Part shown: positions 39,472-53,304 of the stretch, piece after piece
Numbering within the stretch: the stretch's first letter is position 1
Layout: each line of letters begins with the position of its first letter
Assembly: GCA_016748015.1 (NCBI GenBank)
Contig: JAAOMT010000706.1
Location: 390,219-454,218 of the forward strand
Reading direction: 5' to 3'
Length of the DNA: 64,000 nt
DNA from: Geosiphon pyriformis uo1
Lineage: Eukaryota; Fungi; Glomeromycota
Program-made: the position numbers and the translations under genes
Notes under the pieces: model-generated
What the model saw: the letters and a program-made list of their open reading frames with translations, nothing else
Databases searched by the model: none
What the model was told of the DNA's origin: nothing

Positions 39472-42400
39472 TAAATATATCACACTCTTTTATCTATAAT
39501 ATTCTTAAAAAACTCGAAAAAACAAAAATGATAAAACATATAAGTAGAAATAGTTGGCTGCAAAAAATTAAAAAAGATATATCATGAGCATTAAAATAAT
39601 ATCTTCATCAAGATTTTTCAATATTTTTAAGAACTTTGAATATAAAATTAACAAAAAAAAAATGTAGATATTTCTTTTAGTATTATTTAAAGATATTTAA
39701 TTAATTATAAATATAAATAAGACTTGTTTTTAACAACTCTAAAGCTCATTAATCTTTACAAAAAAAATTATGTAAAATAAACTTAACAGCTTTTTGTTTA
39801 TTCTAAAATACAGTAGAATATTGGTATAAAGACTAGCAACTAATTTATATTATATTAAAAGATCAAATAAAAATTATAATATAGAATAGTTTTTATAAGA
39901 AAAAAAAATAAATTAATTTTGTTTTACCTAAATAATAGATATTAAGTTCTATGTAAAAATTATTTATAAACATTTATTTAAGATAAAAAGAACATTAAAA
40001 AATAAGTAACAGTTTTAACAAAACAATAATTCAAAGCATATAAGCTATTTAGTCAGGATTTTTTTTTAAGAAAATATCCTAAAGTTATAGCTTGCTTATC
40101 TAATAGTTCTAACTTAAATCTTATTAAAAACTTATGAATTATTATAAAAAAAAATGTGGAAAAGTATATGACCAAAAATTAGAATAAATTAAAACATTTT
40201 ATAAAAAAAAGTGATAAAATATTTTTTAATCTATCTTAATTAGATTAGTAAAATCAATAAAACACTATTGTAAGATAATAATTGCGAATAAAAAAGAAAA
40301 AATATTATATTAAATTATTTTTAATAAAATTATGTGCTTTTTAGTTTTTTAATAATATATAATTTATATCTTTTAATGTATTAAATAAAGTACAGTTATT
40401 ATTTTTTTGTCTAATTTTTTTTGTAATACACTATATAACAAGCCATTTGAATTAGTTAAAGCTATATTATATATTTATATATTGTAATATTATTATTTAA
40501 ATTTAAAAAAAACAAATACATATAATAATATTTAAAACTAATTTATATTTTTTACTTTAATAAAATATAATTTAATATTATCTATAGTATAAAATTCATA
40601 AATTTTACAAATAATTATAACTTATATGCTTTTTATATATAATTATTTATTTAAATTAATTAAATTTAAATTAAATTAAATTTACAAACCAAATTTATTT
40701 AAAACAAATAATTTATATATAACAATAATTAAATTTTGTTATTAAAACTAAATTAATTATATATATAACAATTTTATTTGTATTTAATTTCTTATTAAAA
40801 ATTTAGAGCTTATAAAAAATTATTATTTTAGAAAAAACATTATTATTAATACAAAATCTAAATTAATATTTTTTATAATATTATTATAAAAACTTTTTAT
40901 ATTATATTTTAATTTAAAATTAACTATTTTTTATTAAATTATTAACAATTTTTTCAATATTATTAATTAATTTTTTAATTACAAAATTTTTTTTTATTTT
41001 AATATTTAAAAAAAAAAAGAATATTTAACAACTTTATACAAAAAATTTATAAATTTTATAATAAACTTAATTAACAAAACCAATTTAATTAACTTAGTTT
41101 TTAAAAAAACCAACTTTAAAATTAAATAATCTAATAAGCAAATTAATTAAAATTATATGCAAAAACATAATTTGTTTTGTTTTTAAAACCAGTTATAATT
41201 AACTAAAAACTAATATATTAAATAATATAATTAAAAATTAATCCAAATTAAGATTATTGTTATTGTTTACAATAAAAAACTTTTTTTATTTACAATTATA
41301 ATAGAATTAAATATTATAATTTGTATAAATAATACAGAATTAATAAAAAAAGTTAAAAAAAACCAATACTTTATTTTTCACAAAAGAAAAAACTGGAATT
41401 AAAACATTAAATTAACACCAAAAACACCAGAAATTTTTTTTAATATTATAAAAAAAGAAACAAAAAAAATAACTTGGTTATTAATTTTTTATTAAATACT
41501 TTGGAATTCTTAAAGAAAACAAATATCACACCAGAACTACTTTAAATAAGCCTCTTTAAAAAAACTTTAAATGAAAAAAACTTTTAACCAAAGATAAAAA
41601 TAATGTTTTAGAACCAGTAAAAAACTAGTTTATTATAATTTTATTTAAAAAAAGAGTTTTTACAAAATGATGTCAAGCAGTCTTAATAGCTACAAGTGTT
41701 TTACTGATAAAAATACTACCAGTTGTTTCAGAAAATAAAAGAGCTGCAACTTTTTTACTCTTTGTTTTAGTTGTGATTATAAAAATACAAAAAAAAAATA
41801 ATTGATTAATTTGTTTTTTTAATGTTTTTTTATTGTTAAAAATTAATAAATAATAACATGAATTAAAGATTATTTTTAAATATATTTATTTTATTAAATA
41901 ATATATTAAAAACAATAAATATATTTTAGTAATTAAGGTTTTTAATATATGAAATTAGTTATTAAAATTATTGTATATATGCATAATTTATAATTATGCA
42001 AAAAATTAAAATTTATTTTACTTGTCGATACTAAATTCAATAATAAAACTTTATATTTAAACAAAAAAATTATTAATAAAAAAAAAGTTCTATACATAAT
42101 TATTAAATAAATAATAATGTAATAAAAAAAATAATGTTAAAATATTACAATTTTTGATAATGTAAAGAAAAAATATAATAATAATTAATTAATTAATTAA
42201 TTAAAAAATTAATTAAAAATTTTTTGTGAATTTTCAAGCAAAAAATATACAAAGCCTTTTTTTTTCTTGCTTTCTTTCATCAGAAGATGTGCATTTAAAT
42301 TCATATACTAAACTAAATAAGCAAAACAGTTTCTTGAAATTTTTTAAACATCAAGTTACAAGTAAAAATCCTATTCATCCAGATTTTGGACAAATTTCTT

Positions 42401-43297
42401 TTATTGAAAGAATAAATATCATCTGGATGGCTTCGTTACCCTTTCTTTAATGTCGTAATATGTCAAAAATTAATATTTTGTTCATTTATTTTAAAATTTC
42501 AAAATATATTTTTCAATGCTATCGTTCCTTTGCCAAAGTTCAACATTTATAACATAAAGTCATTACCTTGCACAAAAATCAATTTTTAACATCTTGAAAT
42601 GGGAAATCTCAACGTAGCAATTTCATGCTAAAATATTGGCTATAAACCCAAGCCTGCATGACCGAATGATAAAAAATCAGTAATTTTGGAAAAGTGGGTG
42701 GGAATTTTTCTTATTAATTTCTGAAAGGCAATGAAAGGCTTTTATCGGGCTGAATTAACTACTTGAAAACTATTCCAAGGTTGGTTCTTGAAACATCAAA
42801 AGACCACATTATGATAAAGTGTTTTGACTTTCAGTTTTTAATCATTTACGGATTTGTTCTCTTATGGAAAAAACTTTAGATGTGAAATTCCAAAAAAAAG
42901 AAGCTTTTTCCAAGTGGAAGATCTCGCAAAAAAGTTTCGCCGAAATCAGTTTTAATTGATATTTCTACAAACTTTGAGAGTCAAGTCTAAACGTATATAT
43001 TCATTTCTATTTGAAGCATTAAAAGTCAAATACCTTTTTTTGGCAATATTACGTAATTAAAGTCTTTAGATCACATCCAATCGGACGTTTCTATTTACGA
43101 AGTTCGTTAAAAGTTTTCTGATCACATCCAATCGGGGCGTTTTCCATTTTACGGAGTTTCGGACAAAACCGCACTCTTACCCAGTCAATAGTATGTGAAT
43201 ATAAGATGAAAGAGTTCAAAATTTTAATTTTTTATCTCCAAGGAAAAACAAATTATTAACATTTTTTAGAAACTAATAGAAAAACCAAAAAATTTAT

Positions 43298-43830
43298 ATG
43301 AAATCAAAATTCGCCACCTGCATAACTCAAGAGCCAGAAAGCTATTTCCCAAAGAGGGGTAGCAATCTTAACAGCTTAAATAAATCAAAATCAGGGTTAA
43401 TATCATGTACCGGTAAGGATTTAAAATTTTACACTTTTTTTTTTGATGATAGATGAGATTATTATACTTAAATATAAACTTTTGCCCATTTTTTCGGCTT
43501 TTAAAAGATTCTCGCCAAAACTCGCTTATAATTCCGGATTCGCGTCGATTTTCATCTGGTTACGTGTTTGCCGACCAGAATACTTCATTTGACCAGAAAT
43601 CACAAGAAACTATCTTTAGCAATAACCGAGATAACTCTTTCACCATTCCAAAAATTGAAAGCTTCTTTTATCAAGAACATCCTGATCGGAAAAATTTGGT
43701 TGGAATTGAAAACAATGATTGCTTTATGCCTCAAAATTTGGATCAGACTTCGTTGATAATACGAGATAATGTTATTCCTATTGATAAAAAATTGCAATCG
43801 ATAGTAGGCGAAAGGGGTTTTGCCCAGTAG
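43298..43830 (+). CDS. Two-exon orphan protein (about 145 aa), no recognisable domain
   Basis: ATG at 43298, donor GTAAGG at 43413, acceptor AAAG at 43507. The phases match ORF 43453-43830. Confidence 0.5.
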
Positions 43831-44799
43831 TTTCATCAAGAACATTTTTTCTTTGCATTCTAATAATTTTTTTGTGATTGGCAAATATTTCAAATACCAA
43901 AATCGTACTTGACTGATGTCTGATATTCTATGTCTAGATCATTTTCTGAATAATTGTGTGCTTTCTAAATTTTCTGAGTCTGGATAATCTTTTCCATCAA
44001 AAATTCCACCAATCCAAATAACAAAAGAATGAGTAATTTCACTTATGTAAATATTCTCCAATAAAACGGGTTTACCATAACAAGAATTTAGTAACATTTT
44101 ACGAGCCTTTTTGGTTTTCAGGAATTATTATCACTAATATTACGTCTCATTTCATCAGAAATGATAAAAAAATCATTTTAATATTTAATTTCTCAACGAG
44201 ATTCATTACCATTTTCCAATGGTGAAAATTTTCAAACACACATTTCAGGTTACCAAAAAGGGTTCATTCCATTGAGAAATTAAAACAATTTTTGGCCAAA
44301 GGAAAATAGTGATAGAATTTTATATTAAAATTTTTACAGTTAATAAAATACTTACATAATTGTCAAGAGTCTCTTTTTTAATGCAAAATTACATATTTTC
44401 ATTGTTTTAAAAATTGTTTTTTCTTTTCATTGTAATTTATTAGTGATTGCAGCATTTTCAGAATTTATGTTTAATTAAACTCTTTAATTATTTTTTTGTT
44501 ATAGAGATTAATTGTTTCTTGAACAGCAAACAAAATTGAGTTTGTAATATATTTACATAAAATGATTTATATTAAATAATTGTAAAACAAAACAAATATA
44601 TTTTTTAAAAAAGTACTTTTTATCTTATTATTTTTGTTGTAATTTTGGCAATTTCCAAATGAATTAATATATCTATAAATTATCATTTTCGATTTTATTA
44701 TTTTAATTTTTTAATCCATTAATATTGGTATTTCCTAAGATACAATCTTCTTATATTTTTATATTATTGAAAAATATGGTTTATAATAAAATGATTTTA

Positions 44800-47700
44800 T
44801 AAATTTATTAAATTAAATTAATGTTTTAAAGTAATTTAAATTAAAAAAAAAGTTAAAGTTTTATTCAAAAATTAATTATTATTTTAAATACAATTTAATA
44901 TTTAAAAATACATTACTATTTAAAAATAAAATACCCAAAAAAATACAAAAATGTTAAAATTTATTTTTATATTTGACAACATTTCAAATCAATAATAAAA
45001 TTTTTTAAATAAAATTAATATTATAAAATTAATAAAATATAAAAGATTCAAGTATTAATAATTCTTTTTCTTTGTTAAATAATAAACATAATATAGCAAA
45101 TAATAATAAAACAGCAAAACTAATATAAAAAATATAAAAAAATGCTATATTGAAAAATTAGTTTTAACTTGAATAATAATAATAATAATAATGATTTCAA
45201 ATATCTTAAAAATTTAGTGCTAAAAAACACTAAAACCAGTTTTTTTTTGTTAGAAAAGCCTCTTAAATAGTTTAATTTTAAAAATATTAATATAAATAAA
45301 TTTTTTTATTAACTTTTATTATTTTTAACAAAAAAAATATCAAAAAATCTTTTGTATTAAATATTAACTTATTAATTATAAATTATTCAAAAAATAGTTT
45401 TATTAATAATTATTTTAAAAAAATTTTATTTTTTCAAAGTTTTATAAAATAATTAAATTATTGTTTATTTTTAAATTAAGCTTAACTAAAGCAAATATTA
45501 ATTTTAAGCATATAAACTTTTGCATAAATTAAAAAGTAATTTTCAAAAATTTTTATAAATATTATAAAAAAACAATATTTGTAGTTTTTTCTAAATTCAA
45601 TAAAATAATAATAATTAAAATACAATTTATTAAATTATAACAAAAGACAGTAATTGAATTTATTAATTTAAATATTGCTAAATTAATTTTTGTTAAAAAA
45701 ATTTAGTGTATTATAAAAGTTAATATTAATAAAAAATTTTTTTAAAAAAATACATATTAAAAACTTTTTTATATTTTGTTAATAAGCACAATAGCTTATA
45801 ATATATCTGGTTTTTTTGTATTTTTTAATAAAAAAATTAGTACTATTAATTATAATTTCGTAATCTATAATTAAATTAAGTATGTTGTTATTTGTTTTAA
45901 ATTCAAAAAAGTTTTAAAAATTACTTTTAATAATAATTTATTTTAAAATAATAATAGTTTTTTGTTTAAGCAAAAGATATTTAATATTTATTTTATTAAA
46001 TAAAACATGGTTTTATTAATTTTATAAAACAAATAATAAAATTAATAAAAAAGTTAAATATATTTAAGCCAATAATTTTCTAATTTTATTTTAAATATAT
46101 ATTATTGGTGTTTTTTTAATTTGAATTTAATAAAAATACAATAATAAAAATAAAACTGTTATAAATTTTAAATTAAACAAATTAAATAATATTAAGTTAA
46201 ATATTAATAGTTAATATATATAATAATTAATTAAAATAAAAATTATTGTCTTTTATAATATTTTTAAAACCAAATTAATCAACTTTTTTTTTGGTTATAT
46301 TGTTTTTAAAATTAATAAATTGGTTTTTTAGATTAACAATTATATTTGCTTTGTTTTTTATTTTTTAATAATTAAAATATGTAATTATTATCTTTAATTT
46401 TTATAAAAACTTAAAAGCTGTAATTATTAAAACTAGTAAATTAAAAAATATTATATTAATAAAAAACTTCTAAATATTAATATTGTTTTAAGTTTCAAAG
46501 TTTTAATTATTTGGCTATAGATTATAAATTATTTTTATTTTTTTCTAAATTTTTATTTAAGCTTGTTAATAATTATAAAATTTTTAATTTTTAGTTTATT
46601 AGTACTAAATTATATATTAAAACTTTTGTTTTATTGGTTTTTTTTGTTGTTATATTTTGGCTACTTTTGTTGTTATAACTGTTGATTTTATAATTAGTTT
46701 TAGATTAAATTTTTGAAATTTCAAATCTTTGATTTAATTATATTAATAAAATTTGTTAATAAACTAATTGTTTTTTTATTGTTTTAACTATCAAAAAATC
46801 TTAAAATAAAAATTAATATTATTACAATATTTAATTAGATAATAATAATTTAAATACTATTAAGACATTTTTTTAAGTAATTAAATTTTTTAATATTTAG
46901 TATTATTGTAATAAATAAGTAATTTTAATATTAAATATAATATAAAAAAGGCTAGATTGTTTTTATGTAGATTTATTTTTAATAACTAAAATTTAAATAA
47001 TTATATTAATAATTAAATAAATTAAATTTACTTTTAACTTTTTTTGGTTTAATTTAGTTTAATTTTAATTGGCTCAAATAATTAGTTTTATATAAAAAAC
47101 AGATAAACTACAGCTATTTTAAAAACTATATTTTATTAAAACATAAAAAAATTATAATATTATTATGATTAAAAATCATAATTTTTATTAATTATTATAT
47201 GTATTAATTAATAATATTATATAATTGGTTATTTTATTTTATTTTTCTTAATTTGTATTGTTAAAATTAGCCTAAAAAATATTGTTTGCTTTTGTAATTT
47301 ATTAAATAAAAAAACAATTGAAAAGTATGATAATATTTGTTATTGATTTTAAAAATTGCCAAATAAAACATAAAATAATAACAGCATTATTATTTTGGTG
47401 ATAATTACAAACTATTTTTTTACTATTAAATTTCTCAAAAAAAATTAAGCAACTATGATTTTAAGATTAATTAAATATATAATTATTTATATTTGCTATA
47501 ACAATCAAAAAAATACTTTATAGTATATAATAAAAATAACTTAAATTTTATTAAACTTAAATTTTTGTCTTTTTGTTTAATTTGCTTTTTTATTAAAAAT
47601 CAATTTAATAAACAATTTCAAGACTTTTAAAACTGGTTTTTAAATAAATATTTAGTTTAAAACTGAAAAATTATTATTATAAAAAACATTAAACTTGTTA

Positions 47701-48118
47701 TAAATTAAAAATATCTTGTTAAAAAAAATTTTGAAAAGAATTTTTTTAGCAATTTTAATTAATACAATAAAACAAAAATTAAATAATACTTTTTTTTAGT
47801 TATATAGCTTAGAAATTATTAATATTTAAATTTTTTTACAATTAAAAAACTGATTTGCTTACCGGATATACATTTAGCAAACTTTATAACAAATTTTAAA
47901 CAAACTTATCACAATATTTTTATAATTTATTTTTAATATCAAACAAATTATTAACTTTATTAATTGGCAGATTTTTAACTACTCTTAATAATTTATTGTG
48001 TTGAATTTTTTTATTACTTTAGCAAATACAATATTATCTATATAATTTTTTAAATTATATTAATAACACCAAAAATTAAGAATTATATTTAAAATTATCT
48101 ATTTTTGAGTTTACTTTC
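44800..48118 (-). mobile_element. Extremely AT-degenerate LINE ORF2 (reverse transcriptase) relic
   Basis: The minus strand at about 47870-47980 reads VKNLPINKVNNLFDIKNKL*KYCDK, a transition-mutated form of the non-LTR RT LPxxKAxGxxGIxxELWK motif. The left boundary is approximate. Confidence 0.5.
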
Positions 48119-48750
48119 TATTATTAAACATTTTTGTTTTTTTTTGATGTTATTGCTAAGTTATTGTTAAATTTATTGTTAATAAAAGCTAATAAACCAT
48201 TAATAAACTAATTTATTTACAAAGTACTTTTCTATATTTTGAATTATTTATGCTATTGGGCTTATAATAGAATAAATAATTTTATATCAATTATTGATGT
48301 AATTACTTTGCAATAAAAGTTAATTTTTTTTACAAGAAATCTTAACTGTAATAATGTATAGTTACTTTGCTGTAAAAATTAATTCTTCTACAAAAAATTT
48401 CAATTATAGACTATTCAATAATATAAGAAAGCAAAGAAAAAAAAGAATTTAAAATAAAAAAAAATGTAAAAAAATGTTTTCTGTTCAAACTCGAAATTAA
48501 CTAAGTAATTATTGAAATTAGTAGTTAAATAATTTTGAACTAAAATATATTTTCTTAAAAAGAAAAGCTCTTTTTTTATACAATTTATTGTAATACTATT
48601 TTATAATTTAACACTTTTTTTACTTGTATATTATTATTGAAAAAATATTAAAAAATTACAACAATTATTTTTATTTTTATTAGTTTTTAAAGTAAATAAG
48701 CATTTTTATCAAATTAAACTTGCTAATAACATAATATTATTTTTTAGTTT
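48119..48750 (-). mobile_element. Third, inverted and decayed LTR of the same Gypsy family
   Basis: The reverse complement aligns with LTR 2225-3208 (TTGTATAAAA..GAGCTT, ACAGCAAAGTAACTA, ATAAGCCCA). It ends TTTAATAATA, which is TCTGGTAACA with four transitions. The 5' limit is unclear. Confidence 0.75.
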
Positions 48751-48879
48751 GCAAAGCTTAAATGGTCAAATAGTAAATTATTTATTAATATTTTTGTTAA
48801 ATATTTTTTAAAACAATTGGTAAAAAAACAATAGGTTAATGCATTCACTTCTTTCAATGATGATTTAAGACCCAAGGTA

Positions 48880-50135
48880 ATGAACATGTCCGAGACTGAG
48901 CACATTCATCTACTAATAGTAAGCCATTCTCTGTTGTTCATTTTTCTTTTGAGAATTTGAAGGAATCTAAATTGATTTTATCCGCTCACATTATTTTAGG
49001 AATCATTTCCTTTAATTGCTTCGAATTTACGAAAGTCACTTATTTCATCAGCGCTTGATCATAGTGATACGGAGTTTTTTGGAAATATTCACGATAAATG
49101 GGCTGATTGTTAAATTTCTATCGTCTTTTATTGCTCTTACTAAATGTATCATTTTTTTTAGGATTTATAATCCATATAAAAGCAATGTGGGAAACCATTG
49201 ACGCACGAGGAAGCTTTTTGTATTTCGATAATTTTAAAACAATACAAAAGTGGAATATAATGCAGAATTTTGTTGAAGCATAACGATTTGCTTTCCTCGA
49301 GCCTTTCAAGAAAGAGGCAAAAGAAAAAATGAAGGACAAAATTGATAAACTGAGATTGAATCCAACTAGCTATATTGAGATCAACGAAAATATCAAAAAT
49401 ATCTTAAGATTTCTTCAGACAACTTTTCTAAGGCTGCGGTTGACAAAAAGTAGGAAATCAAATTGATGATGTTATAAAGGATGAAGGCTTTTATGAACCT
49501 AGGATTCGTAATAAATTTTTTAATCTCATGCTCCTACAATTTCTTGCTAGCGAATCATGATTTTTCTTATATTATGCATTTCGCTTTAAGTGAAAACCTT
49601 ATCGATCACCTCGAAGATTATCTGATTGAATACCCAAGATACGTCACGCGTTCACTTTGTTTTTGTCGCAGCGCGCCCTTACTAATATTTAACTTTTTAC
49701 TAAATTAGATTCTGTCGGATTTCGTATATAAACTACCAAAGAGTAAAACAGATGGAGTACATTGTAAAATATCTGAAGTCGATCCATTACCTCCAATGGA
49801 TCTTAAATATTTAGCTGATAATGTATACTTTACAAGTGAAAGTTCAAATGATATTAAGCAAATCGTGGTCAATGACATAAACTCTCTCCAAGGAGCACGA
49901 AATAAGGCCTTTAAACTTTATACCACATTGGAAACATTTACAAGCCGACGTGAAATTCAACAACTTTTGAAATACAAGATCTTAAGTTTTGTCAGCGCCG
50001 CCACGAAACAAATATTCGAATTAGTGTTGCAACAGATGATAAGAGAGATAAGCAAGTACAGGAACTGTCGAAATATTCGAAGTTTATTACTAGTGTACAT
50101 GCTATACGAAATGATAATATGTCTGCATTTGTCAA
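48880..50135 (+). pseudogene. Fragments of a decayed spliced gene of unknown type
   Basis: Exon-like blocks with GT/AG borders and an in-frame TAA near 49281; includes ORF 49796-50191. Confidence 0.35.
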
Positions 50136-50200
50136 GTAAGCCTTTATTTAAATATTTTTGTCTTGTTTTTGCCTTGCATGCTCTGATCTAATCTATTGTA

Positions 50201-51326
50201 GCCCACTCTGGTGGAGTGTGATTGATCTCCGAGAGGAGAAAGTTTCACCATGCCCTTACCTCCCTCGAGCGAAGGAGTTTTTGCTCGCAAAAGATGTGGA
50301 CGAGCTTCACTTGTGCGCTATCGAGATTGTTCAAAGCGCATCCTCCCTAAATGTGTCGGTCAATGCTCTGCTCAAATCCTTTGCATTGGCCGACATTATG
50401 AGCATTCAGGAGCTCGCAAAAGAACGCGGGACCCTCGGAATCGCTGGAATTCGGAATTTACTCGAGAAAACAAACGAGAATGGAGAAACGGATGAAGAGT
50501 TGGGCGAATGCGCGAAAAATCTGGAGAATATTGATAAACGCGATGACGATACAATATACGTTTGGGGGTGTCTTGAGGATGCGTGAGTTATTGAATTTCG
50601 TTGGTTGATAGCCTTCACTCTTCGGTGACTCCATATATTCGCGATTTAGAAATATATGGATTCAGAACTACGGCGGCGCAAATGAGTCAGAACGATCGGT
50701 GGACATGCATCTCGTTGGACCTTTTGCAAAGGCACCCAACGCCACCTTTAAATAGTAGGGTTTTTTTTACTCTCCCATCAAAATTGCATATAACTAAATT
50801 CCTCTCCTTGTAGTGGTGAAAACCATTCTCGTGCCGATCAGGAAGAAAAGGCTTCTCGATCAAACGTTGTCCGCTCTGGTAAAGCCTGTAATTTCCTATT
50901 TCTGGTAAGTAAAAAGGTTTTAAATTTAAGAATCGGATGATCTACTTACCTCATCCATCATCAGACTCGTCATCGCGAGACCGGTATCGGCGAAAACAGC
51001 GGGCCAAATCATAGGGAGAATCATGAGAAAGCTGTGACGGATTTTATTGATGTGGTGAAGGTTGCGCGAAGGCAACACATTAGCCTGCAAACGAGATGAT
51101 TGAATGCAGCGCAAGCAACCCATTACCTGCAGCCTTGGTTGATGCTATGAAGTTCATAGTGATCCCGTTTTTCCATGTGATCGGGATGTGCATTAGGTTT
51201 TATATCTTGATGCAAGTATCCTGAGACCTGTATGCAATATGGGAGTGGGGATCTGACGAGCTTCCGGTCTCGGATGCTGATTTGAGAAATCTCATTTCGC
51301 TCTGCCGTAGGTTTCTCACCTTTCGG
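50201..51326 (+). pseudogene. Crinkler-type restriction-endonuclease-fold (PD-(D/E)XK-like) domain pseudogene
   Basis: Spliced motifs GENHSRADQEEK...GKACNFLFW|TRHRETGIGENSGP...TDFIDVVKVARRQH...IPFFHVIGMCIRFY...LYAIWEW...LP. Frameshift near 51095 and TGA at 51222. GC-richer than the flanks. Confidence 0.55.
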
Positions 51327-53067
51327 GTAAGTTATTTTATTGAGTTCATGTAGTAAATTATGTTTAGTAAATTTAGAATAGATATATACTATCCTTATTT
51401 TTAAGAATATGTCATTTATGCAATATTAGACTAGCCAAATTTAAATGAGTTTGTACAAGCTGATAAAGTAAAAAACAGTCTATTTTGATTAATAATGTAT
51501 TTAACATTTATAAACATAGCAGAATTTAATTAAAAATTTTTTTTGAAAATAACAGTTTCGTATGTTTCAACATATTTTGAAAACTTAAAAAAAAACTTTA
51601 TTTAAATGTAAATTTATTTTTCACACTTTTTATATTATAATTTTATTGATATAAATTAAAAATCTAATGTTAATAACATAATATTGAGTCTGATTTTATT
51701 AAATAATTGTTTAATTAAATTTGGGTTTATACTTTTTATTTTTTTTAACGAGTGAAGCCCAACCACTATTTACTACAATACAGCAAGAGATATGTTCTAA
51801 AGTAAACGTGACTCATACACACATAATAATCAAATTAATTTATATAATAATTGAAGCTATTTTAAATAATTATTTTAGCATACAAACAAAAAATATTTTA
51901 ATAATTAAAGTAACTAGCAAAAAGTTATTTAAAAATATAAAAATTTGGGGCAATTAATTGGGAATAAAGATAAGTCTGCAATTGTTTTTTTAAAAAAAAC
52001 TATGATTTCTCATTGGAGTTATGGTTATATTAATATGTTATGATGACATTAATGGTTTAATAATTGGTTTTAATTATAATATCAATGACTTCATTTTCAA
52101 TTAAATTTAGTTAAAAAATCTAATCAAACAAAGCCGAAATTTGTGGTTTAATTTTAAAAAATCACTTATTTAATCAAATGCTCAACTCTAAAAGGATTTT
52201 AAACTTGAATGTAAAAATTGGAAACTGGAAGAAAACATACGTTTTTCTGGCTGAAAAAAATAAAAGTTGCACTGTCTTCCATAGATAAATAAAAATGAAA
52301 ACCCAATTTTTCAAAGATAAATATTCAGTTGGTCCTATTGTTCTTTGTTATTCTCTCAAAATTTTATCTTTTCATTGAAACAATTAAAACGACAAAATCC
52401 TATATCAAATATTTTAAACAGTACTCAATGCAGATACTTTATGTTCCAGCTATAATAACCATAAAACACGTAATTTATTTATAGAAATGGCCATTGAAAT
52501 TTTTTTAACTTATGTCTGTTTTTAACTCAAATAACAATTTTTATATTATGACTCGGAAATATTTTTCTACAAAATGCAAAAATATATACCTTGAAGATAT
52601 TTTTAGCAGGAAAGAATATTTTAGGCTAGATCGAAATCTTGAATAATCATACACGGAGAAAAACTAAAATAAATATCGGACACATTTAAAAAGGGGGGCG
52701 AGTCTTGTGATTTTGATTGGTGTCAAAGTACTGACTTTTAATATAGTCCGTTCTTCTCCGAAAACTGTAATAGTTGATGCCCGTTTTTTCTGAAAACTGA
52801 AATAGTTGATTTCAGTTCAGCTTAACCCGGCAAGATTTCTCCGAAATTTGAATAGGAGATGTCGGTTTTTTCAACCGCCAAGCCCAATTACATATAATTC
52901 TTCAATGAATTAGAGATAAGTTTTATTAAAAATATTTTATCCAAATACATATATAATGACTGCACGCGAGAACATTTTGATTCTCCATCTGTTTTATAAA
53001 CATTTCTAATTTGCCCTATAAAATTAGAATAATCATAAAATCAAAAACCAAAGTCTTGTTTTTTTCA

Positions 53068-53304
53068 ATGTCTCAATACGGTGAATCATTGGCCTCTAAT
53101 CAAGGAGCATATACTCCCTCAAAGAGAAATATCTTCATTCAAAATGCAAGAGAAATTCAACAAACCACGAATATCTATCAACCAGCTAATCAATTAAGCA
53201 ACCAACAATATATGTTTCTTGGAGAACGAAATCTTGATTTTAGTCGAAAAGAAGATTTAATGGAACCTACCTTCCATTTTTCATATATGCCCAAGAACCC
53301 TTAG
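53068..53304 (+). CDS. Small Q/N-rich orphan ORF (78 aa)
   Basis: ATG at 53068, open to TAG at 53304, downstream of a CpG-retaining promoter-like patch. Confidence 0.35.
   Translation: MSQYGESLASNQGAYTPSKRNIFIQNAREIQQTTNIYQPANQLSNQQYMFLGERNLDFSRKEDLMEPTFHFSYMPKNP

Larger units (their letters stand above)
37657..40433 (+). mobile_element. Degenerate Tc1/mariner DNA transposon
   Basis: Left TIR CAGTGTATTGCAAAAAAAATTGGACA has a mutated inverse at about 40408-40433, and both ends are flanked by TA. The relic LSNSSNLNLIKNL* at about 40095-40137 corresponds to the SPDLNPIENLW motif. Confidence 0.75.
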
